A stretch of 64,000 bases of DNA, from contig CM035360.1 in assembly GCA_020137815.1 (NCBI GenBank), forward strand, positions 7,192,001-7,256,000, read 5' to 3'. How positions within the stretch are numbered: position 1 is the first letter of the stretch; each line of letters starts with the position of its first letter. Shown here in pieces: positions 45,101 through 58,200 of the stretch. Source of the stretch: Hormiphora californensis (taxonomy: Eukaryota > Animalia > Ctenophora). The position numbers and the translations under genes were made by a program. A model generated the notes under the pieces. The model made no database searches, had not been told where the DNA came from, and worked only from the letters and a program-made list of their open reading frames with translations.

Positions 45101-48100
45101 GACTTTCTAGGCCGATAATTTGCTTCCATCATCGTCAGAGCTTTTTTGTTTGGGTGTTGTGACCACTGAGGTCTTCTGGATAGAAGCAGATGATTTTCGA
45201 CTCTTGGGGGACTCCCGTTTTGTTGGCGTGGCAGATTGTATAGAGGGAGAAGCGCTTTTCCGAGATATCCTGCTACTCTTTCCACTTTCAGACGATTTAC
45301 GACTCTTTCGAGATGGGGTGCTATCTTTTGTTGATGATTTATGACTCTTTGGTGATGCGGTGTTCTCTCGCACAGACGATTTCCCACTTTCTGGTGATGG
45401 AGCAATTTCTGTTGCTGACGATTTCCGACTCTCTGGAGAAAGGATGTGCTCTTTCGCTGATGAAGTTTCATTGGCCCCAGAATCTTTTCCGGATTTACTA
45501 CTCCGACTGCTTCCCCTGGAAGATTCACCGGAAGGTAGAATCCAATCCTCCAATTGATCTACAGCATCTTCAAACATACCAGGCGATGAAGATTTGGACG
45601 ACTTGGTAGAATGACTTCTACTGGTTCCCGAAGCCCGGCTGCCTGGCAACTCCACATCTTTAACTGATGATTTGGATGGAACCCTTTCTTGTGCTTTTGG
45701 TGTTAGACTTTCTTCTAACTTGCTTGCTCGGGAAGATTGTTTGCTAGATTTAATCTGTGAATCATCGCTATGCTGATGGTCTTCACTCGAGTATTGGTAT
45801 GCATCCTTCATCTAACTTGGAACTGCGTGCGAGTGATATCCTGTCACTTACTCCACCGCTTATTGGCGTTTTGCTGCAATGATCAGAACCTCGGCTCTGT
45901 TTCAGTTCTAGGATCTGACCCACACCCACAGTTGGAGGGTCATCCTCATCAAAACTGTCTGAGTATCCGCCATCATCATCGTGAATTAAATCTCCCAGCG
46001 AAGCGATGGACTTGGCTTTCAGCTTAGTCGGGGACACATCTGCCCCAGGAGTCACTGATTTTATTTTAAATTCAACTGGAGTTCGAGGAAAGATTTTCAT
46101 CATCATTCGGAGTTGCAGACTTGTGTTTTTCTTCCGTTGGTGTTATAAACGTGACTTTTCCACTAACTGGACTCACTGACTCGACTTTGTCAGCAACTGG
46201 GCTCACTGACTTGACTTTGTCAGCGGATGGACTCACCGACTTGACTTTGTCAGCGGATGGACTCACTGACTTGACTTTGTCAGCGGATGGACTCATTGAC
46301 TTGACTTTGTCAGCAACAGGACTCACTGACTTGACTTTGTCAGCAATTGGACTCACTGACTTGACTTTGTCAGCAAGTGGACTCACTGACTTGACTTTGT
46401 CAGTAACTGGACTCACTGACTTGAGGTTGTCAGCAACTGGACTCACTGACTTGACTTTGTCAGCAACTGGACTCACTGACTTGACTTTGTCAGCAACTGG
46501 GCTCACTGACTTGACTTTGTTAGGGGATGGACTCACTGACTTGACTTTGTCTGCGACTGGGCTCACTGACTTGACTTTGTCAGGGGATGGACTCATTGAC
46601 TTGACTTTGTCAGCAACTGGACTCACTGACTTGACTTTGTCAGCAACAGGACTCACTGACTTGACTTTGTCAGCAACTGGACTCACTGACTTGAGGTTGT
46701 CAGCAACAGGACTCACAGACTTGAATTTGTCAGTAACTGGACTCACTGACTTCAAGACTTTGTCAGCAACTGGACTCACTGACTTGACTTTGTCAGCAAC
46801 AGGACTCACAGACTTGAATTTGTCAGCAACTGGACTCACTGACTTGAGGTTGTCTGCGACTGGGCTCACTGACTTGACTTTGTCAGGGGATGGGCTCACT
46901 GACTTGACTTTGTCAGGGGATGGACTCACTGACTTGACTTTGTCAGCAACTGGGCTCACTGACTTGACTTTATCAGCAACTGGACTCATTGACTTGACTT
47001 TGTCAGCAACTGGACTCACAGACTTGACTTTATCAGCGGATGGACTCACTGACTTGACTTTGTCAGGGGATAGACTCACTGACTTCAAGTCTTTATCAGC
47101 AACTGGACTCACTGACTTGACTTTGTCAGCAACTGGACTCACTGACTTGACTTTGTCAGCAACTGGACTCACTGACTTGACTTTATCAGCAACTGGACTC
47201 ACTGACTTGAGGTTGTCAGCGACTGGGCTCACTGACTTGACTTTGTCATCAACTGGGCTCACTGACTTGACTTTGTCATCAACTGGACTCACTGACTTGA
47301 CTTTGTCAGTAACTGGACTCACCGACTTGACTTTGTCACCAATAGGACTCACCGACTTGACTTTGTCAGCAACTGGGCTCACTGACTTGACTTTGTCAGC
47401 TAGATCATCTTCATCAAAACTGTCTGAGTATTCGCCATCGTCATCGTGAATTAAATCACCTTTGTCAGCAACTGGACTCACTGACTTGGCTTTGTCAGGG
47501 GATGGACTCACTGACTTGACTTTGTCAGCGGATGGACTCACTGACTTGACTTTGTCAGCAACTGGACTCACTGACTTGACTTTGTCAGCGGATGGACTCA
47601 CTGACTTGACTTTGTCAGCAACTGGACTCACTGACTTGACTTTGTCAGCAACTGGACTCACTGACTTGACTTTGTCAGCGGATGGGCTCACTGACTTGAC
47701 TTTGTCAGCAACTGGACTCATTGACTTGACTTTGTCAGCAACTGGACTCACTGACTTGACTTTGTCAGTAACTGGACTCACCGACTTGACTTTGTCACCA
47801 ATAGGACTCACCGACTTGACTTTGTCAGCAACTGGGCTCACTGACTTGACTTTGTCAGCTAGATCATCTTCATCAAAACTGTCTGAGTATTCGCCATCGT
47901 CATCGTGAATTAAATCACCTTTGTCAGCAACTGGACTCACTGACTTGGCTTTGTCAGGGGATGGACTCACTGACTTGACTTTGTCAGCGGATGGACTCAC
48001 TGACTTGACTTTGTCAGCAACTGGACTCACTGACTTGACTTTGTCAGCGGATGGACTCACAGACTTGACTTTGTCAGCAACTGGACTCACTGACTTGACT

Positions 48101-49995
48101 TTGTCAGCAACTGGACTCACTGACTTGACTTTGTCAGCGGATGGGCTCACTGACTTGACTTTGTCAGCAACTGGACTCATTGACTTGACTTTGTCAGCAA
48201 CTGGACTCACCGACTTGACTTTGTCACCAATAGGACTCACCGACTTGACTTTGTCAGCAACTGGGCTCACTGACTTGACTTTGTCAGCTAGATCATCTTC
48301 ATCAAAACTGTCTGAGTATTCGCCATCGTCATCGTGAATTAAATCACCTTTGTCAGCAACTGGACTCACTGACTTGGCTTTGTCAGGGGATGGACTCACT
48401 GACTTGACTTTGTCAGCGGATGGACTCACTGACTTGACTTTGTCAGCAACTGGACTCACTGACTTGACTTTGTCAGCGGATGGACTCACTGACTTGACTT
48501 TGTCAGCAACTGGACTCACTGACTTGACTTTGTCAGCAACTGGACTCACTGACTTGACTTTGTCAGCGGATGGGCTCACTGACTTGACTTTGTCAGCAAC
48601 TGGACTCATTGACTTGACTTTTTCGGCAACTGGACGTACTGACTTCATATGAGCAGTATCTGGAAGAACGTCGTTCTCAGATCGTATCTTTTTACCTTCT
48701 GGAGTTATTGACTTAACAGGAGTAACTACTAGTTTGTCATCTGACTGATCGATGTTTATTTGCTCACCAATCGGCTTGGAAGTTACCTCCTCACAGACAT
48801 TTCCTGTCTCAATAAAATCATGTACAGGCTCAGTTATTTCTGTCACCATGGTTATTGACTTTGCTGAATCCTGCTGACTTAGGTCTGGTCTCGGGAGTGA
48901 ATGATCGTACGGGTGTTTGAGATGGTGATTTTGACTTCCCACTTTTTGGACGGGTCACCCCAAGAGGGGAAGTTGACTTGATTCCAGCGGGACTTGTAGA
49001 ATTCAATAGATCTATGACAGGGGTAACTGATTTAGCACTTCCACTTCCGACTCGAGGTCAGATCGTTTCCATACTTCTTTTGTGTAATAGATTCACTTGA
49101 CTCTGCAACGTTGGGATCAGATGTTGACTTAGTAGGAGTTTGGTCTGCTGCTGTGGAAGACCCTGAGTTTAATTCTTTTACTGGAGTTGATGAAGTTGCC
49201 GAAGTTGAGAGATTCATCTTAGGAGTTATTGAAACAGTTTCGCAGATTTGAGTAGATTCCATAGGGGTAGCTGACTTAGTTTCGATTAAAACGGGAGTTG
49301 CTGACTTAGTTCCCAATGCAACAGGAGTTGCTGACTTAGTTCCCAATGCAGCAGGAGTTGCTGACTTAGTTTCCAATGTCACAGGAGTAGCTGACTTAGT
49401 TTCCAATGTCACAGGAGTAGCTGACTTAGTTTCCAATGTCATGGGAGTAGCTGGCTTAGTTTCCAAGGCAACAGGAGTAGCTGACTTAGTTTCCAATGTC
49501 ACAGGAGTAGCTGGCTTAGTTTCCAATGTCACAGGAGTAGCTGGCTTAGTTTCCAATGTCACAGGAGTAGCTGACTTAGTTTCCAATGTCACAGGAGTAG
49601 CTGACTTAGTTTCCAATGTAACAGGAGTTGCTGACTTAGTTTCCAAGGCAACAGGAGTAGCTGGCTTAGTTTCCAATGTCACAGGAGTAGTTGACTTAGT
49701 TTCCAATGTCACAGGAGTAGCTGACTTAGTTTCCAAGGCAACAGGAGTTGCTGACTTAGTTTCCAAGGCAACAGGAGTAGCTGACTTGGCTTCAGTGACT
49801 GCCTGGTCTATACCATGTTTTCTTGAAGAGGCGTGTGACTCAGGGCTCATTGCCAAATTCTCAATAGCATGAGTAACTCCTGAAAATATAGCAAACAGTT
49901 AGCACTTAGCATTCCTCGCCACTTTCCTGGACAAATTTGAAACATTATAACGGACCTGAAGCGCCTGCTTCCTCCCCACTTTGAGCTTTTTGGTC
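42194..49995 (-). CDS. Giant low-complexity Ser/Lys/Pro-rich tandem-repeat protein (roughly 2300-2400 aa if frames are joined); apparent frameshifts in the 6.8-kb exon; start not located
   Basis: Exons ~49956-49995, ~43101-49879 (ORF pieces 49032-49856, 46072-48942, 45783-46106, 45107-45811, 44161-44460, 43095-44099), 42857-43020, 42719-42758, 42467-42551 and 42194-42320, with phase-compatible GT-AG sites. Confidence 0.7.
46160..48645 (-). repeat. Coding 30-bp tandem array (DKVKSVSPVA) with three higher-order blocks
   Basis: ~75 units. The acidic cassette recurs at ~47400, 47860 and 48290 (spacings 459 and 429 bp). Confidence 0.95.
49260..49795 (-). repeat. Coding 30-bp tandem array (ETKSATPVTL), ~18 units
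   Basis: Visible in the DNA and in ORF 49032-49856. Confidence 0.95.
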
Positions 49996-52584
49996 CTGCG
50001 AAAGGGACATTATCATTTTTATGACGAGATTAAAATATATTAAGTTGTATGTGATTTCGTAAAAGCACTCAAAAGTCAAAACACTAAAAGCCACTTCATT
50101 TCTTGCGTCACATACCACTATATCAGCATTAGTCATTTTAAATGCAGACACGGGGCGTTATCGTCGCCAACTGTACTGGGAGCTTTGCAGCGAAACTTGC
50201 GACTTCCTATATCAATGGAAAAACTTAACGATCGGTCGAGTAACATATAAACTGATCATCTACAAGATCGCATGTGCTTTCTACAATATCAGTCTCCCTC
50301 TCGCTTTTCTCTCTCTATCTCTCTCCGTAATTTATCTATCTCTCACGGACTATCTCTCTCCTATTGCTTGAGATTGATCACGGTTTTGTACGTGTGAAAA
50401 TGCATAAAGATTGCAGCTAGTAGCTGGTTTTAAATCATCTCCTTTTGCTGGTGGCCTATTGCTTTCATCTCACCTCTCTCACGCTACAGAGAGGGAGGCT
50501 TTATTAACAACTTGTGTTAAACCCTTGGTATCACTGAGCCGATTTTACGCGTGCAATGAATGAATTGCTAAGCAATCGGCGAGCTTTATAGAACATATAG
50601 AACGTGAACAAATGCAGGGACAATGGGGAAATGAGAAGGAGAGAAAAGGAGAAGAATAAATGAAGAGCCATGCTGGTTAACCACAGCACGTGGTAACATG
50701 GTGGAAACATTCGGTTTCAGAGTGGGATCATCTATACTTATATCAAAAGGAGGGAGACGTGCAGGGGTGCAGCAGCCCAGATAAATTGGGCGGCATGGAA
50801 AAGGAAATGCTAGTTTATTAACAAGTATAGTGATACTGAAAACAGATGAATGAAAATCCAAGTTATACCATTACAATGAAGTGCAATATATCAACACAGC
50901 ATTAGGAAATTAAGATGGGTAATAATAACAACAATTGAAGGTGCTAGATGTGCTTGAAGTGTTTTATTGGCCGCTATACTCCTACAGCAAAGAAAGCACG
51001 CTTGGACGACGGGATGATGGTCATTAAACTTTGTCTGAAATTCAGGCAAGCATATATTGTAAGAAATATTGAAAAGAGAGAGAGAGAGAGATCGTGATTG
51101 AAAGAGAGAAACGTAATAAGACGACCACTGGCTACGTTGCGTGAAAAACTAGGCACGGGAGGAATATGTGCATATGAGAAATGGAGTGCTTCTTAAGTTA
51201 GGTAAGCAAAGAGAACAGGTGAATACTGAATAGCAAGTGAACGAAAATGATACGTGAGAAATTAGCATCATCACATGTTGCTGTGGTGAAAATGATTGTT
51301 TGTTAGATCAGTGACGATCGATACATGATTGTTTATCAAAAGGGTGTGGCAAGAATTGGGACTGGGAATTATGTGATTCTATTGAGATGAACTTTCTTCA
51401 TTCACAGTTCCTCAAAATCTTATTTGATTTTGTTGAGTAAGGGCGGGGATACCCTCTCTCATACCTTACTCAACAAGATTGATTAATGAGACGCGCCCTG
51501 CACATCAGATTATGCTTTGAAGAGTTATATTAGTTCATAGTTCATATTGTGTTGATTGGACAAGTTAGACTCGCTGGATATTATTGGAGCTATACTTATA
51601 CTTATATAGTAGTTCATTTTCATATTTTAGCTGCTTTAACCGAGTACAAAGAAATTCTCATTTTATTTTTGGCCGTTTTGGCCCAATCTAATTACGAAAT
51701 ATTTTCAAAAGCATATTAATACTTCGATATTTTCCTTCTCTGTGAGGGATAGGTCACTTACAATTTGTATATTTGTTGTATAATATTAGCACTGATTATT
51801 ATACATCAAACGTCATCCAAAGAACTTTTTAGTAATCGACTAATCGATGGTTAAATCAAGCGTCTGGTATTGTTGTTAAGCCAACAATATTGAACTGACG
51901 CCTCTCTCTCTCTCTCTCTCTCTCTTTAGTATGCCTCTGGAATGTAGTTGAGTCTTATTAGAAACTCATGTCGCTAAATATATACTTCATTAGTGGGGGT
52001 GACGATTGACAAATTAAAACACTTTAGTGGAGCTATGTTAGTAGATCTTTGCGTTTGATTCATTGCATCGTCGTCCGCCATTTTCAGTGGTTTCTGACTG
52101 CCATATCCAGTAGTATGGAAGATCTAGTTGTGCGGAATTTTTGGTACGCAATTATCGCCAAATCACTACATATTTTCGCCAAATTGGCAATAATCTGTCA
52201 GAGCATTGGCCTAACCCTATTTCTTTCAATAGGACGCGAGAACTGTGATCAGAGCATTGGCCTGAAAGGCGAAAACTAGATCTTCCATACCACCTCATGA
52301 GTCATTTACCGTTCACATGCGATTGTTCAGGCATCAAAGCTCCTAAATATGCATTCTCAGTGACCTCCCGCTGCATTAAGTTGTTGAGTAAACATTTAAC
52401 TACAAGCTACAGTGCTAGAACCTTGCTATAGAAAACTATTTTTCCGGTGGTTCCTGCAATAAATATATGGCCTGGACATTTAGAATCCAAGCCACGGAAG
52501 CTGAAGAGGGTGAGAGAGTGAAAGTAAAAGAGATAGAGATAGAGAGTGACAGATAGAGATATAGAGACAGAGGGAGAGGGAGAA

Positions 52585-52672
<88 letters not shown>

Positions 52673-52684
52673 AGAGAGAGAGAG

Positions 52685-52790
<106 letters not shown>

Positions 52791-52886
52791 AGCCGCGTGA
52801 TTTCAGACATCATCACCAATAAAACAGCGCGAGTCTGTGATGGTTATATCGTTTTCCCGTCCCTCCATCTCTTAATATCGTACCTT

Positions 52887-52976
<90 letters not shown>

Positions 52977-53074
52977 TCCCCCAGGCATCGCTATAAATAA
53001 GCGCTGCTGCCCGGTATTTCTTCACTTCCTCTGACTCTTCATACTCCTTCTTCTGACACCACCATTATAGCGCA

Positions 53075-54313
53075 ATGCGGGTCATCTTGAATCCTGAGGT
53101 AGAATGGGTGAGCCAGTTGTATGGGTGGTTGGCACTTGCTGCATTCCTTATCGGGACTATAACCAACATCATTGCCCTGTGCTACTTCATCAGTAAGAAG
53201 ACGGACATTCCCAATGTCCTCTATACCAACATCACACTTGTCGATCTGGTGATCTCTCTTCTCATGTTGCCCGTAGCAACCAACATCATTGCAGACTCCG
53301 CTCAGTGGTCCTGGATAGCTAACTACTACTTCTGTAACGCATGGGCTATACCCTGGTCTATAGTTAACCAGATGAGTATATTCCTCGTCTTCTTATTCAA
53401 TGTTGTCCGAACCAGAACCCTCCTCTTCCCCTTTGCTAAGAGGTCCAAAGGGGTGGTCCAGGCTGTCATTGGATGCTACCTCGCTTTTGCAGTGGTCCAG
53501 GTCTTCCTACCCTACTTTTTCAACTCCAGTTACGACTTCTCCCAGGACTACCTCGTCTGTTTGTGGGACTTTGGAGCAGTGTTTGGAAAGGATTCCCGCC
53601 AGTATTTCCTGCTGTATGGGCTGTTCAACGTAGCTGAGAGGATCGTACCGTTCATCTGTGTGATCCTATCCTGCTGCATATCCTACATCCTACTGACCCG
53701 ATCTGAGCTGATTGACGACAAGCCCTCGCCCGGGGGTAGGTTCTGGATAAAAGGAGGCCTCGCCAAGTCAACCCTGGATCCCCGGGATAAACAGAAGAAC
53801 AGGGCCACACTGACCATCATCCTGACGACTGGGTTCTACTGTCTGGCCAACCTACCTAACCTGACCTTCACCATCCTATCGTTCTCTGATCTGATACTCT
53901 ATCGGAGCAGTGGAGCCCTCCTCTCCTTTGACCGGCACAACTACTTCGCTGTGTTCTCCATGGTGGTGTGTGCTGGGGTTCACGCTACTGGCACCCCCAT
54001 CATCTGTATCTTGAGGATGGAGGGTCTCAGGGCGTTCTACAGGGCACTCATTGCCAGGGCAGGTGAGAGTGTGGGAATTTCCTACCCGTCCACTTATAAC
54101 CGTTCCCGAGCTAGTCTCACTGGGTCCCTGGGCAGAAGAAGGAGCAGCGCTAACAACCCCCCACCAAAAGGATGCCTCGGAAGAGCACTTGCAAGATTGA
54201 TGAAGCCCCTAGATTCCCGTCCTAACACCGAGGTGTCAACAGCCAACACGGTAGGGATCCATCTACCACCATCTTTAGGTGCCACTCTCAAGCCACCAAC
54301 CCCTTTTACCTAA
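53075..54313 (+). CDS. Intronless rhodopsin-class (class A) GPCR, 412 aa
   Basis: Seven TM segments, GTITN, LVD, TM3 Cys and Arg (NVVR), ECL2 Cys (LVCLWD), TM6 CLANLP, divergent TM7 TPIIC and an S/T-rich tail. Confidence 0.9.
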   Translation: MRVILNPEVEWVSQLYGWLALAAFLIGTITNIIALCYFISKKTDIPNVLYTNITLVDLVISLLMLPVATNIIADSAQWSWIANYYFCNAWAIPWSIVNQMSIFLVFLFNVVRTRTLLFPFAKRSKGVVQAVIGCYLAFAVVQVFLPYFFNSSYDFSQDYLVCLWDFGAVFGKDSRQYFLLYGLFNVAERIVPFICVILSCCISYILLTRSELIDDKPSPGGRFWIKGGLAKSTLDPRDKQKNRATLTIILTTGFYCLANLPNLTFTILSFSDLILYRSSGALLSFDRHNYFAVFSMVVCAGVHATGTPIICILRMEGLRAFYRALIARAGESVGISYPSTYNRSRASLTGSLGRRRSSANNPPPKGCLGRALARLMKPLDSRPNTEVSTANTVGIHLPPSLGATLKPPTPFT

Positions 54314-54444
54314 CAATCGTGTAGGCAGTAGGATATATAGGACAGTATAGAACAGTTATGATCTATCACGGACAATGTTTCAAGACCTGATCACGTGACC
54401 ACTATGAGATCAAGACAGAAGGAGTTGTTTATCAGAGGAGTCAG

Positions 54445-54766
54445 CGAGCGAGTGAGTGAGTGAGTGAGTGAGTGAGTGAGTGAGTGAGTGAGTGAGTGAG
54501 TGAGTGAGTGAGTGAGTGAGTGAGTGAGTGAGTGAGTGAGTGAGTGAGTGAGTGAGTGAGTGAGTGAGTGAGTGAGTGAGTGAGTGAGTGAGTGAGTGAG
54601 TGAGTGAGTGAGTGAGTGAGTGAGTGAGTGAGTGAGTGAGTGAGTGAGTGAGTGAGTGTGAGTGAGTGAGCGAGCGAGTGAGTGAGTGAGTGTGAGTGAG
54701 TGAGTGAGTGAGTGAGTGAGTGAGTGAGTGAGTGAGTGAGTGAGTGAGTGAGTGAGTGAGTGAGTG
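54445..54766. repeat. (GAGT)n tetranucleotide microsatellite, ~320 bp
   Basis: Visible array downstream of the GPCR stop codon. Confidence 0.97.
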
Positions 54767-55276
54767 ACTGTTTCACTTTCATATGAAGGGAGTGTTTGTT
54801 GGCAAAGGACTTTATGTTTGTATGTTGCGTTCTTAATGTGTCAATAAAAGAAAAAAACAATAATTTTTTATGTGAATTTAAAAAAAGATGTGTTAACTGT
54901 GACCCAGTACATTTGTTGAAAATGTTATATTATCGTAAAATAACGTAATTCACCTGTGACCACTATAAATTTCTTTCTGTTTCGTTCAAAATACAGTTCG
55001 TTTATTCTTTGCATAAAAGTTAAAGGGGCAGGACCGGAGACCGCCATTACATAGTTGTGTACAAATATATTCCCTTACTTTGTCTCTCTTTTCTCTCTCT
55101 CAAAGTTAGACTAAAATGAAGACGGAAGAATACATGTTTAAAAAGTCCAGTTCCAAACAACCGATAAACCCAGATTAATTGTTCATGTTCTCAACAAGAT
55201 CCATATCGTCATGCACGATGCACTATAACAGATTAAAAGAAGACAGAAGGAAACAGTCTCTACGAGTTCAGCTATA

Positions 55277-58200
55277 TCAGTATCGAATTCGGGCAGTGGC
55301 AGTTTTTGGCCGTGTAAAGCTCCTCTGGACAGCAGCAGTTTTCTCTGGCTGTTCCTCGATTAGTAGTTTCTGCCACGTACTTCTCCATTGTTCAACAGGA
55401 GTCACCTGAAATATATGATTCAGAGTTGGATTAGAACCTCTCTCAAACTCTATCTCTTTTTTCTCTATCCCTCCCTATCTTTCTCTCATTTACTGATCTA
55501 GAACGGCACGATGAAATACATGTAATAACCTCACACACACACACACAATGATGACCCGCAATATTAGGGGGGTATTGTACCTTAACTTTCTCGTGAACAG
55601 TAAGAGCTGTGGTGGGTCTCCTTCTGGCAAAAGAAGGAAGATGCCCAAATGTAGAGAGTCTGACACTGTGAAGTGGAGCAGATTGGGGCCTCCTGGAATG
55701 CATCTTGCGAAGCTGCTCTGCCGTGGTTACTCTGCCCATGGTACGGAGCCCTGGAATGGAGTGAAACATGTTTTTTAGCAGGAGATATCACATTTTTAAC
55801 ACAATGTGCTACGTTTAATATGGTACAGTCGGACCCCAATTTACCGGGATGCTCGGGGGGAAGAGTTTTGTCCGGTAAGCAGGTAAGGGGTCAACTGTAC
55901 CTGAAATATATGGTAGAACCTGAAATGTGTGGACCATACCTGCAAGAGTTAGGGTAGGTTGAGGATTATTCCTGACGGCCTGCTGTTCCGTTCTGTTCCC
56001 CACAAATTGATCAGTAAACAGAGAAAACTGCCGAGCCGATTCCCGTACCGTCGTCTTTTCCAGCTCGATTGTTTCCAATTCATTATCCTTCGGATAGAAG
56101 CATAATAATATTGGATAGTTAAAACGGGGGGGGGGGGGGGGGGGGGGGGGCAACGCTCATTTTTTATATATTTTTATATATTTTATATACCTTTTTTTTT
56201 GGAAAAAAAAACATAATTTTTTATATGTATATATATAAAATATATAAAAATATATAAAAATACATATGAATATATAAAAATATATAAAAATATATAAAAA
56301 ATATATAAAAATATATAAAAAATTGTGCCGAAAGTGTGAAAACAGAAAGCTGTTTTTCGCCATAGCGGGATCAAATATCATTCAATTGATCTCAAACTTG
56401 GTCAGCATCTTCATCTAGATAATCCTGATGATTTTCCGTCATCAATGTGACGTTTGTAACATCGTGACGTCGCGTCAATAACGTCATGACGTCAAAATGA
56501 CGTCAAAAATGATTTGTTTTTTAGTTTCGCGATCCCAACCTCTCTTCACCAGTTCTAGTACATCTGCACGGATCAACATACAAAAAATGATTGAAATCAC
56601 ACCAAAACTGGTAGATATTATTAGGCCGGAACCTCTCTTCACCAGTTCTACTTTTGACAGTGCATAATTCACTTTTGAACACATTCTCAATTATGTAAAA
56701 CAGCTATCACCCTCTCAAACACTTAAATTAACTCTATGAAACATATTCAAGTGAACAATAGATGGAAATAATCCCCTTTTTTGAAAGTAAAAGGGGTGAA
56801 AAAAGGGTTTATTTTATATATTTTTATATATTTTTATATATTATTTATATAACTTTATATATTTTTATATATTTTTATATATTTTTATATATTTTTATAT
56901 ATATATAAAAAATTCCAAAATTAAGGAAATATATAAAAAATTCGTTGGCCCCCCCCCCCCCCCCCCCGTTAAAACTTAAAAGAACAGTAATCATGACATA
57001 TGACTAGGATTCTATTACTGGCTCAAGTAAGAAATATCTCGATCTAATTACCGTCGTTTCTTCCTCAATCTGGCCTCTGACCTCTGGTTCTGGTGATGAG
57101 GGTGGGGCACAAGGTATCTGATCAGGGATCTCCTCCACTTCAGGGCACATGGTTACACTTCTGGCACGGTTATTAGCTCTGGTGGGTGGTTTAGCAATTC
57201 AGTTGACGTTTAGGGTAGATTCACTATTTCGCCCCCCTCTACAGCGTCACTGACCGTCTAACTACAGTAGCTAACTAACTGTCGTAGATATGATCCCCAG
57301 ATCCCCCTACTCAATAATAAAGTACGCCTTACGCAATATTTCTCGAGAAAAATCTTTCAGATTGATTATAAATAAAATTTATGAGACGTCTAGACTGCAG
57401 CCTTGTTGTGCGATAGATTGGGCACGTCGCACCCCCCGTTCGCTACGCAGCCAATACGAGGGAATCAATAAAGTCTAGCCCCTGTCATTATCAATATCAT
57501 ACTGTCTGGCGCCGTGACCCATCTGAGCGCTGTCTGGCGCCGCGACCCATCTGAGCGCACTGTCGCGCGAGAATCAAATAGGGGTCTGGCGCCGCCAGAC
57601 AGTCTGAGCGCACTGTCAAATGGGGTATGGCGCCGCCATACAGATATATCATAGGGGTGGGGATGCTACAGCCCTCAGAAAAAAAAACATTGATTTCCCA
57701 ATGTTCTATTTATCCCGAGTATCCAAAAAAACATCAAAATCAAGTTTGAACTAATAAAGACGGAAACAGTTAATTACCTTTCTCTGAGGGGAGATGGATC
57801 CAAGTTGCTCTTGTTAGTGGCATCAATCATACTGAAATATAGTTACCATCAACTACAACGCAAAACTTGTTATTGGGGATTTCACAAAACAGTATGGCGT
57901 TTCGATTTATATGGGCCAGTACAAACCTGTCTGGCGCCGCGACCCACCTGAGAATCAAATGGGGTATGGCGCCGCCATACAGGTACAAACCACAACTATT
58001 ACTGAACCTAGATTGATGATAATATGTACTTACTAATTTCGAAGTTGAATAGCAGATTTGCAACGCCTCTTTTTCACCTGTGGTGTAACGCTCGTAGAAA
58101 CTTGCATTTTCCCTCCAAACTCCTATAAAGCAATTTAATTAGTGGATTTAGCCAGACTCGTTATACGGAAGGGGGGTGAGACTGGAAGTATAGACTGTTC

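Noticed and set aside
46121-48652. Long + strand ORFs (LSATGLTDLT)n resembling an LRR or beta-solenoid
   Set aside because: Antisense shadow of the coding array; they stop at each acidic cassette while the - strand frame stays open.
53075-54313. GPCR nested in an FBXW10 intron
   Set aside because: The FBXW10 frame terminates at 55277, so the genes are convergent. Nesting in a 5' intron of the giant gene cannot be shown.
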